A DNA stretch of 63,467 nucleotides, filler included, from Collodictyon triciliatum (Eukaryota), in assembly GCA_043381765.1 (NCBI GenBank). It is 12 parts of 12 records of this genome, joined end to end, with 100 filler letters (N's around TTAATTAATTAA, not from the genome) between each part and the next. Parts side by side here need not be neighbours in the genome. Positions count along the whole stretch, not along the records: positions 24,369 to 30,359 come from JBHJMP010004788.1; positions 30,460 to 36,467 come from JBHJMP010004789.1; positions 36,568 to 42,571 come from JBHJMP010004790.1; 9 more parts are not named here. One strand, written 5' to 3'. The notes beneath the pieces are model-generated. The model was not told where the DNA came from. It did not search any database and saw only the letters and a program-made list of their open reading frames with translations. Each line of letters begins with the position of its first letter. Positions within the stretch are counted from its first letter, which is position 1. A program made the position numbers and the translations under genes. Shown here one piece after another: positions 25,164 through 36,899 of this stretch.

Positions 25164-26215
25164 CCTCTCGGATTGGCGGGCGCTGTCTGGTACTGCCTTT
25201 CTCTCTCCATAGACCCTATTCTATTGAATTCTGTTATGTTCCACTTTGTTCTATTCTTTCTTTCTTTCTTTCTTTCTGGATGCAAGGCGCCATTCATTCC
25301 AAATAAACACTTTTTATATATTCAGATTATACATATGTGAAAATCTTTATGTAAAATGAAAGCAGCGAGCGAGTTTACGCGGAGCATTTTTCTATTCTTT
25401 TCTCATTCCTGTTGCGAAGCATGCGTACTCTTACGAGTTGGTAAATGAATGTCTAGAAAGCTCATCGGGCATAGAAAAAGACATGTTTGCTTCTTCAGTT
25501 GCCAGCTATGTGGTTACTGAATGGTTTCTTGTGGATGAAACTACTCAATCTTGCAAATGCCCGAGAGAGGGGCGGGCAGGAAAGCACGGTTCAATAGATT
25601 ATATTTCCTTTTCTCTTGTTATTTTTTCTTTCATTTTTTTTTTTTAATAAAGAAATCCACCATTTTCGATTGTAATCTGAGTCAAAGCAAAGCTAGGATG
25701 AACATCATCGTCGTGCGTTTCTTGTTGAAAGAGCAGTATTTTGAGGAGAACCAAAGACTTGTTTGGTTTGCGGCAAATGCTGAAAAAGCTTGTCGCTCAT
25801 TGACCAGGTTAGAGAAGCGGTGAGACAGGCAAAAGTGAGTGAGGGAAGTCCGGGATATGATGCTTGTTATTGGATGATGTGGGAATGATTGGGAACGAAA
25901 AGGATGTGCGGTGACTCGGAGATTGACAGAATGGTTTTGGAGACAGAGAATAAGTGAAAAGAACAACATTATGAGCGGTCGAATGAAAGTTGCCGGTCAT
26001 CACAGAAAATCTGTTTCGTGCTGCGATATGTGAATGCGGTTGTCATCATCAGAGGAGAAAGAAAAGAAGCGAAATAAAGGGCAAGTCTGCGGTGGTGAGA
26101 GAAGTGAGAGGCTGGTTTATGAGAAAAGATGAAAGAAAAAAAAAAGATGAAAAGAATTATGCTGTCTGAATCCTGTGCTGTATTTTTTTTAAAAGTGTTG
26201 CCCTTCGGTTGTGCC

Positions 26216-26276
26216 TCATGCCTTTGGTGCCTCCGAAGCACTTGTAGAGGATGTTGTTTGCTAAATGAGGCCGAAA

Positions 26277-26346
<70 letters not shown>

Positions 26347-26631
26347 AAGAAAAATGTCATTAACATCTGTATCGTACATTCTATATGTTATCATGTAAAA
26401 TGAATCATAATTGTGATATTTGAGGTTGTGAATACAAATATGCAAGTGGATGGAGAAAAAATAGTTCGTTTACCGATTTAAAATCTTGGAGCGACTTGAA
26501 CTGGTCTAAAGCTGCCTGCAGTTCAGGAATGATGCGGAGGGGAAAAGATTGCTTTCGGTAAATGAGATAAGCCTTAAACTTCTCAAGTCCGTACAAGTTG
26601 CCTGCAAAAAAAAAAAAAAAAAAAAAAAAAA

Positions 26632-26703
<72 letters not shown>

Positions 26704-29700
26704 ATAATAAAGAAAAGATAATCCCGTTTACTATGATGAATCCATCGAGGCGACAGTTTTAATATAAAGCTTTCAACTACGTTATTTTCCGCATTGTTGA
26801 GATATTCTCCATTAGTCATTAAATGTGATGGAAATTCAATGCTATACCCTTTTGATAATCCTCCAGGGTTACTTTCTGAAAATCCTCAAACACTTCCCGA
26901 CGGAATCGGTTTTCGAGTCCGTAGCTGTAAAATCGGAAAAGGCATTCAAGTCCGTATCGGAACCCAGCATGAGAATCCTCGATTGCTAGAGCCTATTTGA
27001 TTGTTTTTTCGTTATTAATATTGTTAAAAAAAAAATATATATGAACGAATCTAAGTGGCATGTAGCTTAGCAAAAAAATATACTCTTGTAATCTTGTGCG
27101 CAAGAATCATAGGTTAAAATGACGGAACGGGGAAAGACCTTAAACTCATCGTAGAATTTGGACACGAAAGTTGTGCGAAGGAAGTGGGACCAGAATCGGA
27201 ACAGTGTGTTCATGTCTCTGGAGTTGCCAGGCCCTGTTTTCTTGCGGTCTGCATAATAACCCATAAAAAAATCGAAATTAGGCTTGCATGATTCTTAACG
27301 TCGTCTGAATGACTCATCTGAGCAGTGCTTAACATCCTTTAAGATAGAGACGTTCCTATGGCAAAGTGCATGACCAAATAGAGGTTTTAATAAGAGAAGA
27401 GTAATCATCTTGCCTCTCAAGCAACGGTCGTGATACTTTTGGTATTTCTGTTGAACGAATCCGTTATCTTCGAGCAGTTCATAACACGGGTGGTGGAAGG
27501 CTTGGATTGGCTGGGCGCTGGTTCCAAGAGATGAGCCAGAAACACCGTGTGAAGATATGGAGCGGCTCAAAGCCTCAGCCTCGCGTTCGGCAGTGGAGAT
27601 GTATCCCGCAGATTCAAGACTATGTACACATAGAATCGAAAAAAAAAATGTGAATAAAGAAAGAGACGTACTTGTGTATTAAGGTTCAGCTGAGATGGTA
27701 TGTGCGTACCTTCCAACCGGCGTTGTGCTTGGTGTGTTTTCCACACTGGGGCCCAGATACCAACCAATGGCAGGCGTGGTGTCGACTCCTCGACTATGGC
27801 TTTTCGAATCGCTGCAATTGTGATGGTTTATTTTAAAATCAACTAACTTCATAGAATATATATGATTATTTCACTCTTACAACTTTCCCAATCACATTTG
27901 TTGTTTGATTGTGAGATTACTTTGGGAAGAAGCGCGGTGCTGTCTGGGGGGTTTTGAAAACGGGCTTTCGTTCATATCCGCGCTGAAGGTGGCTATTTTC
28001 ATAGGAGCCTTGCGAACTTGAGAGAGGTCTCCTCTGTGGCCTGTTCCATCTCAATTTTTAGTGAATGTGATGAAAACTAATGTCATAAGCTGAAGTCTTT
28101 CATTTAGTGGTTACAAACATCTTGAAATGGTTTTAAGATATAAACAAAAACAAAAAACAAAAAAGAAAGCGAAATTTTATTCATAGATGCATGCACTGAT
28201 TAGTTCAATCATATGGAATGCACAGACTTCTGGTCTTGAAGTTCTGCCTCATAATAACGAAGTCCGTCATTGATTACATTTGCAAGCTGCTTATCTATCG
28301 AGACACGTCCATCTGAGCGCTGGCTCTGCCCACGTTCGGGGCGCTTTTGCCTACTCGGAGTGACGATTTTCAGCTTCCTCAGAAGACGCTCTGGATCGGC
28401 ATCGTCCCCCTCGACTTCTTCTTCCTCATGTTCGTCTGGCTTCGCATCAGATTCACCCTCGGTTCCCAGAATGATTGCCTGCGAACCGATCGAATCAGCC
28501 AGGGCCGGGTCGCCCTCTGCAAGGGCATCGTGTGTGAAACCAGGAGCATTGCGCTGATTTTCAATCTCCTGCATAAAGCGGTCCTCGTTTGTTAGCTGGG
28601 CGAGCACGTCAGCAGCATTAACGCTTGGGCCGCTATTGAGTTCGCTATCGGTCTGATTATGTCCGGAATCAGTCGGGTTCACAAGTGAACCAATGATGTT
28701 CTGCAGAAGAGCATCGTCCACTTGAGAGGCATCGATGGTAGGCGAGTTTTCGTCGCCTTCGACTGGGATAAATGCGGTCGCTTCTCCTTGGGATGTTTCT
28801 GTGTATTCAGGCGCAGGCGGTTCGTATATGCGGCGTTGCTGCGGTTTAAAGGAAAGGGTTTGGATGGATGAATAAGTTCTTTTGTTTCGTTTCGTTTTTT
28901 CAGGGGGAAATGAACAGGTCCTACTCGGTTATCTTAGAAAAAAATGGTAAAACAGATAAACCTCGGCTGGGAGAATCCATGGGCCGTAATCCGAGCGCAG
29001 TCGGACGAAGCCGTCTCTGTATTCAATAATTTCAGAGTTTGAGGCGATTGCTGTGATTAGCTCGATGTCGTTTGTGAGCTGCAGCATCTTGTTGAAGTTT
29101 GCCAGAAGGCCCAGAGGAACAAAGCCATCGTCATCCATGAATGAGCGAAGATAGGAGTCATGGCAGAGATTTTCAATGCTGAAGTAGTAATGTCTGATTT
29201 ATAAGAGTAGTATATATTATTAGCAAGCGAAACTGGCTTCACTGAAAAGCAAGGTCTTGGTAGATTATGGAATACGACACGCACAATGTGTGACTTTTTA
29301 AGAAACAGGAATTATAAATACAGTTGTCTATCGACGAAATTGGGAAGGATATCGTGTGGGATGTTCGGGTTGTAGAAGTAGGTAGACGCGACTGCTTCGG
29401 TAGACGATAAAACGAATGAACATTGCCGTATGTATGTATGGTTTTAAATAGATAATATATAATAGTGATTGTCATACGAATTCGCACAATTAACGCCTTC
29501 ATTTCTGGTGGAGAATTAGGGTCGGTAATATTCGCTGATATTCACAGTTGTATAAGACGGAACAAAAGAAAAAATAATGGGTAAGAGACCTTGCTGATCA
29601 GCCTCTCTGTTTCGATGACCACGGTTCTTTGAGCGACTGCGATGCCGTCTTACCGCGGCAGCCGCATTTGCGTTCCCACTTTGATTTCCGTCCTGCTTCG

Positions 29701-30190
29701 CTCGACGGTTTCTGTCTCGTCTCTGCGCATCAGAGTTCTCAACACGAACAGGAATGTCTGTGATGGGAATCCAATCTGCAGCCACACAGAAAAAATCATG
29801 AATAACTACTTTTTTTTTCTGATGTTTAGAGTATCCCCTTTTCAAGTTGCCATTGACTTTTTTTTTTTAATAAAAATACACTAGTCCAAACAAGTAGGTT
29901 TTTGTATCACTTAGGTGAATGGTAAACAGCAAACTATAAGTAAAAATCGAAAAAAGAATGAAAAAAGAAAAAGAAAAAGAAGAAAACGACGTCCTACTTT
30001 TCTTTTTGGACTTTCCAGTAGTCTTTTTCTGCTCCGCTTTTTGTGTCTCGGCGGGTTGTGAAGGCTCCTTCTTTGACTGAAGCGTTGTTGTGAATGTTGT
30101 AGTTGTGCTGGCCGAGGGATCTGCGCTTGTGTTCACCACCGTGATTTTGACAGAGTCTTTCAAGCTGGGCCAATTTGTTTCGGAAACGTT
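26216..30190 (-). CDS. LARP1: La-related protein 1 (La motif + DM15 repeats), multi-exon, 5'-truncated
   Basis: NWPSL motif; La motif [37 protein letters not shown]15 region [43 protein letters not shown] and [11 protein letters not shown]; inferred last exon ends ...EAPKA*. Confidence 0.9.
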
Positions 30191-30813
30191 CTTCAGAGAA
30201 GACGGTTGGGAAGGTGAAAGGAGATTAAATAAAGTGTTTTGAGCAACAATGATAGATGATAGATGATAGATGATAGATGATAGATGATAGATGATAGATG
30301 ATAGATGATAGATGATAGATGATAGATGATAGATGATAGATGATAGATGATAGATGATANNNNNNNNNNNNNNNNNNNNNNNNNNNNNNNNNNNNNNNNN
30401 NNNTTAATTAATTAANNNNNNNNNNNNNNNNNNNNNNNNNNNNNNNNNNNNNNNNNNNNTTTTTCTTTCTTTTTTTCTTTCTTTTTTTCTTTCTTTTTTT
30501 CTTTCTTTTTTCTTTCTTTTTTTCTTTCTTTTTTCTTTCTTTTTTCTTTTTTCTTTCTTTTTTCTTTCTTTTTTCTTTCTTTTTTTCTTTCTTTTTTCTT
30601 TCTTTTTTTTCTTTTTTTCTTTTTTTCTTTTTTCTTTCTTTTTTCTTTCTTTTTTCTTTTTTTTCTTTTTTTCTTTTTTTCTTTTTTTCTTTTTTTCTTT
30701 TTTCTTTTTGGAATTTATTTATGCTAAATGCTATGACGAATACCATGCTATGATATTTTTGCCTCTCAAATATCCTTACGTATGGCACAAATACTTAACC
30801 CATTTACTGGTAG

Positions 30814-31755
30814 GGACATATCCGGAACCTCAGACCCCGTGTGTATTGTTCAAGCTTTTGATGAGACACAAGCGACCCCCCAGAAGAAAAAAACGAACAG
30901 TTGTATCTGGGACCATGTGCTATTTTTTGAAAAGGACAACGCACAAGTAGGTATCATCATTCACCAAATATGGTGAACAAAACAACTTTGAGTGAAACAA
31001 GGGATAATATTAGACTGTCTGTTACCCCCATAAATATATCATTTTCCGACTCTTGTAGTATTCATGTCAAGTTTTGGTTAACGCAGAATAAATAATCGAA
31101 AACTATGACTCGTAGCCCGAAGATATTGAGTGTGGAAAAATTTTGATATCAATCTTTGATGCAAATACCTTCTCGAGAAAAGAATTAATCGGTATTGACA
31201 TCTCCGACCCTCTTTTTTCTTCCCCTTCTGAAATAACTGGGTTACATTAAATAATAAAGAAAAAGAAAAAAACAATTCATTTTTATACACAGCGAACTTA
31301 TAATCAAACTAGATTGTAAAATTAAAATGACTTCTGTAATCCAGGCTCATTCGAATTTGGAATGGGATATGTGTACCACCAAAAAAACCACGAAGTATGG
31401 AGAATGTGGGTTCCTTTATCTGACCCAACAGGAAAGTTCGAGGGAACGCAAGTATAACACCAACATTTTAGATATTTGCTTCCCGAAGGAAGTCCTTCAC
31501 TGCTTATATATTCCACATAAATGATATTTATAGTGAATGAATCGATAATTAATTCTGATAAAATTGTATGTTTAAGCATTTTTCTTTTATTTGAAAATTA
31601 CCAGGGATATGTTAAGGTGTCTGTAACTGTTCTTGGACCTGGTGACGAACAAGTCATGCATACAGATGAAGAGCTCAGAGAGCGAGACAAGAAAGAAATT
31701 GTATATGGACTATAATGATAATAATGATAATGATAATAATAATAATAATATAATG

Positions 31756-31797
<42 letters not shown>

Positions 31798-34700
31798 GAA
31801 ATCACTTTCCCTTTGTCAGACTATTTTCACCTTCTGTATTTTGAATTTAAAGATAATTGAGGCATATGTCTCAAGTCAGCTCGATTACTAGGTGATGATG
31901 ACACCCAAAATTAAGCAAGAGGGTCATCTATTAACTCTAGAGATTCATATTGCTGAGAACCTACCCAAAGTTGACACAGGTTTTTAAAATCTTGAATCTC
32001 ATAGAGAACTCCTTAGTGGTCAAGTATGGGTTAATAGTCTTTGTCTCAACATGTTTTACATGTCAATTTATTTGAACGCAAACCTGATTCATAGGAGGAA
32101 CATGCGACGCTTTTATTACAGCCAAGTTTTCCTCTGGTGCATCTGCCTCAACAAAATATATTGGTATTTATCGGTTTATAATATTATTTTTTATTTTTAT
32201 TTACAAAAATAAAAATAGAGGAAAGAACAATGCAACTATTATACTTGCCTAAGGATAACTTAATTCATTGCAAATACCTTTACGCGAAATATTCAAAAAA
32301 AAAAAAAAAAAGAGAAAACAACTTCGCCTGTGATTGGACAAGCAATCGAACTTCCGGTTATGCATCCAAATATGAGTGAAATTATTGAGTTATCCTTGTT
32401 CGACCACGAGCGTATTGGATCCGATCGCCTTCTGGCCACTACATTCTTGCGCTATAGTGACATCTTGAAAGCATCCGAAAAGGGGATTCCAAATCCTAAA
32501 TGGTTTAACTTCTATGGTAAATTCTTAAAGAACCTAAAAGTAGTTGATTTCAATGAAAATAGAAGTTTAAGTAGATTTATCCTATATTAATGATAATCAT
32601 AGAATTCACCCCGAGCAACTTTATTCTAATCCTTGAACCTGACTCTCTTGATTCAATTGCAGGTCCTCCAATCGGCGAGAACAACAGTGCTGCCGAGAAA
32701 ATGAAGAGTGGAAAATTGGAAGGGTCCGTTTATTATGGACGAGTAATGATCTTGGCGTATGATGTGAAAAATCCCACTCCTAAGGTTCCTATTACTCATA
32801 TGCTAATAGGTTATAGTTTGCATAATTTTTTGTGCACAAATTTAAAGAAATATGAGAAAAAAAGCCTGTGTCATTTTCCAACTCTACAATAATCCCATCT
32901 GCATCCTTCATACTAATTATCACGCCACTGTCCTCAATAAAGATCAAAGTGCGGAAAATACCGTCAATCAAGACAGTATCAGCAGTGAATTCTACACCTT
33001 ACAAGCTACGGTTGGATTTATACGAGACTGCAGACTTGCCATTAGATGGTGATGAAATTCAGGTTCTATTTTATATGACATTTTATAATTTAATTCTGAA
33101 CGTCGTGAGCTCTAAAGTGATAAAAAAAAATTGTTTTTTTTTTTGAGAATGTGCGATATCAGCTGTAAAAAGTGGAGGGACAAGTTTTAGGCTTTCTTTT
33201 CTTTTTTCTTTTTTCTTTTTTTTTCTACTTTTTCACTTTGTTTGCTATTAAACTCTACATAATCACTCTAGATCATTGTTCAGTGGTTTGAGAAAGAATT
33301 TAAGTCATCTAAAGTTAAAGTAAAGGTGAGTGATTAAGTTTTTTTCTATTTAACAGTATTTTTTAAAATAAAGAATTCTCAAAATTGTGAATGGAACAAA
33401 CTATATATACTCCAGATGCTATTGATAGAACCAAGTTTCTGAAGCTGTAAATGCTTTTCAATACCTTTAGAATTACACCAACACAATTATCTAGATATGA
33501 ATAATATTCTTTCATTCCAGGATGGACGTGCTGGATTCTTTATGAACTTTCCAGATATCGAAATGAAAGCCCCCGTTGAAAAAGTGTCCATTCCCGATGT
33601 TTTTATTTATGTGGAAAAGGTTTTTCTAATCAATCTTCAAACTGCTTTACATGTACCTAGTTTTTTCAAACGTACATGAAACGCGTCTCTCTCGAAAGAA
33701 GTAACACTTAATATAAAAAAATCAGCATGAGTTTGTCGGAAGTCCTAAACGTGTTGCTTACATCAGAGTGCCGGTCTGGTTATTAATATATATATATATA
33801 TATATTGAAATTTTGCACGACGAAGCAGTTAGAAAAATAATACAACGTCAAACTTTTATCCTGAAATGCATGCACAATACCCCCATAAAAATCATAGTTC
33901 AGAGATATTACTTCACAACCAACGACACCAAAATGGACCACATTTAAGGAGGATAAGGTAATTCAAGGATTCAACAATGTGTTTTCTCTAATGCTACAAG
34001 TGGAAAGCAACTAATGTATCTTATGGATGAAGGTCAAAAAGAAAAGAAATAATAATTACAAACTATGCCTAAATCTCTAAATCGACAGGCTTATGATGCA
34101 TTCAGTAAGTTCAAGTTTCCTGGAAGTATTTTGTACAGGTAAGACTCTTCTGCAGCTCATATATACGATAGATAGAGAAAAGGTGACTCATCTGCAGCTC
34201 ATCTAATATTTCTCAATTTATACACAAATCAAAGGCTTAGTGGGGGTCCTTCCAACGAAATTGATGCAATTCCACGCGTTCCATGTGTCCAGTACCCGCT
34301 TGAAAAATATGTGCTACGTTGCAACTTGTACCAGGTGATTCTTCTCGCAATTACAAACTTCCATATTTTTTTTTTAAAAAAAAAATTATTTGTGTGCTGC
34401 AATAGTCAATGGTATATATATTTAGGGTCGCGATTTGATAGCTATGGATGATGATGGGTTTTCAGATCCGTACATCGAAGTTAAATTTGGTGGTAGCAAG
34501 GCTAAGACTTCTGTCCGGAATAAGACTCTTAATCCCATTTGGTATAACATTACAGGCACATTATTTTAATGAACCCCTATTCAACTTCAATATTCCTTCT
34601 TGACCTTAAGCGTATGCACGGGATGTGTAGCTATTAAGTAGTATTATGAAACATTAGGAACGAATACAAGGACTTGTCCATTTCAGTTCCAAAGGAGACA

Positions 34701-36226
34701 TCTTATTCAGCGAACCTTCAAGTCATTGTATGATGGATCTCTTTTTCATATTTTTTATCTAAGTATATGTATTTGATCATAATTTTTATCGAAATACTTT
34801 GATTGGTAAAAATAGACTTGTTTGAGAAGACTTCCTTTCCATAACTAATGTAAGTAGTAACAATTAAATATACATATATAGGTTTATGATAAAGATAAAA
34901 TTAATGATGACATACTGGGTCGTTTTCAAGTACCTATTTCCAGTGTTGCATCACAGGAGGTAAAAAAAAAAAAAATCTTATTTATCATAGCAATTTTTAG
35001 GCTAATTTCACGGAAAGAAACAACCACTTTATTTTTATTTTACTTTATTACATTATTTATTGGGCATTTTCTTTCAGACAAAAACTCCAACATGGTTTGA
35101 TCTCACTTTGGATGACACAAACATTCCTCTTGGGCAAATTCTCGCATCATTTGAGCTCATACCAGAGGGTCAAAAGGTTTTTAATTTTCACTTGGATTCT
35201 AAACATAGGGATGAATGTATCTATTTAAAATGTAAAGTAATTAGGATTGATGTCTTTATTTTATTTTTTAGTCTCTGCTTCCTAATCAGGATATTGCTCC
35301 ACCAACGAAGGCAAGTTCAATACTTAAACAGCTACTTTTATTGTTCATATTTGAAATAGATTTATTAGTATATGTAATCATATTATGCCTTTTTTTTTTG
35401 CATTATTTATTGCATCGTTTTTTAATGAACAAAAAAAATAGAACATATTTCTAATATATAGTTATTGACACTATCACTGTATTGATTAACATTCGTGAAA
35501 TATGAATCAGCCATACAAGGTGGAGGTTACTGTAGTCGGACTGCGCAACCTACAGCCCATCGGATTAATGCCTATACTCAAACCATGCATCGAATTTGAT
35601 GTTGGAGATAGAGCCAAAAAAGGCCGCTTCAAAACAGAGCGCAGCTGTCGCCCATCACGAAGAAATCCGAATTATATGAAAGTAGGCCACTCTTGTCATT
35701 AAATAATATCGTGTTTTTTCTGTGACAAATAGAACAGAACATGCTATATAATATAATTTTACGTCATATTGAACACTTACTGTATTATTTGAAGGAGCGC
35801 AGTCTTTTATATTCATTTTATTTTTTTAGTGCTATTAGTGTGTTTTGCTAGTTTTGTTATTGTTATTATTAATGTTTTCATTATTGATATCGACAGACAT
35901 TCACCATGCACGTTGATATGCCCACTCATAAAGCATTTGCTCCGTCCTTGACTGTGCGCGTAAGTTTTTTTTTCTTTTATTACTCCCTATATGCAGCGAA
36001 TCCTCTAATCCTAACACTTTTCAATGGTCCCATTCAAGGTAAAAAAAATCCCAATTTTTTTTAAAATAAAAGAAATATACAAGGTTACCGACGACCGCGG
36101 ACTGGGATTGTTCAACTCAGTGCTCGCTAGTGGTTCAATTAAATTGGAAGCCTACGCTCAGTATGACTCCCAGGGCATTTTACTCCAAGAGAGCGAGCAG
36201 GTGGACCCAGTTCCCGTCTCTGCTGG
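30814..36226 (+). CDS. Ferlin-family multi-C2-domain protein (about 20 exons, truncated at both ends)
   Basis: C2 domains DISGTSDPVCIVQAF, LEIHIAENLPKVD, LYQGRDLIAMDDDGFSDPYIEVKFG and VTVVGLRNLQP; FerI motif GYVKVSVTVLGPGDE; the exons traced join in frame via GT-AG introns. Confidence 0.85.
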
Positions 36227-36567
36227 TAATATCGACCAATTTTTATTTGTGATAGAGTATTAACTGATATTGATATGAAACTCTTATTTATATCTTGGTC
36301 TACATATTTTGTCATTTTTTCATTTCGCCATCTTGAGTATTTAACTAATTTCGCTCCTTTGTTCCTTTTGGCAATTCTTTTGTTTCCAAAAAAAATTATG
36401 TCTCCTTTCTTATCCTCTTGTTTTTGCTTTTGCTTTTGCTTTTGCTTTTGCTTTTGCTTTTGCTTTTNNNNNNNNNNNNNNNNNNNNNNNNNNNNNNNNN
36501 NNNNNNNNNNNTTAATTAATTAANNNNNNNNNNNNNNNNNNNNNNNNNNNNNNNNNNNNNNNNNNNN

Positions 36568-36670
<103 letters not shown>

Positions 36671-36749
36671 GACTGGCTGGCTGACTGACTGACTGACTGA
36701 CTGACTGACTGACTCAACTAATTTTGAATATTTTTTTATTTATATTCAA

Positions 36750-36869
36750 CTAGAAGGGATATACTAATCTTTCGATTGGTTAACCTGGTGCGCTAGTATC
36801 CAAGGTCTCACCACTTGTTTCACAGAGGTTGTGTAATGATGAAGGCTGCCAGGAAAGACCCGACAGCCT
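36750..36869 (-). ncRNA. Candidate Fanzor omegaRNA scaffold
   Basis: Four tandem stem-loops between RuvC-III and the element end. G-U pairs in stems 1-3 work only on the Fanzor sense strand. Position matches known TnpB/Fanzor right-end RNAs. Confidence 0.55.
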
Positions 36870-36899
36870 CTTTTTTAGAGGAAGGTGTATGCATTTTTT

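Noticed and set aside
34143-34202. 18-bp near-direct repeat in a ferlin intron as another TSD
   Set aside because: No poly(A) tail or shared insert sequence; likely a local duplication
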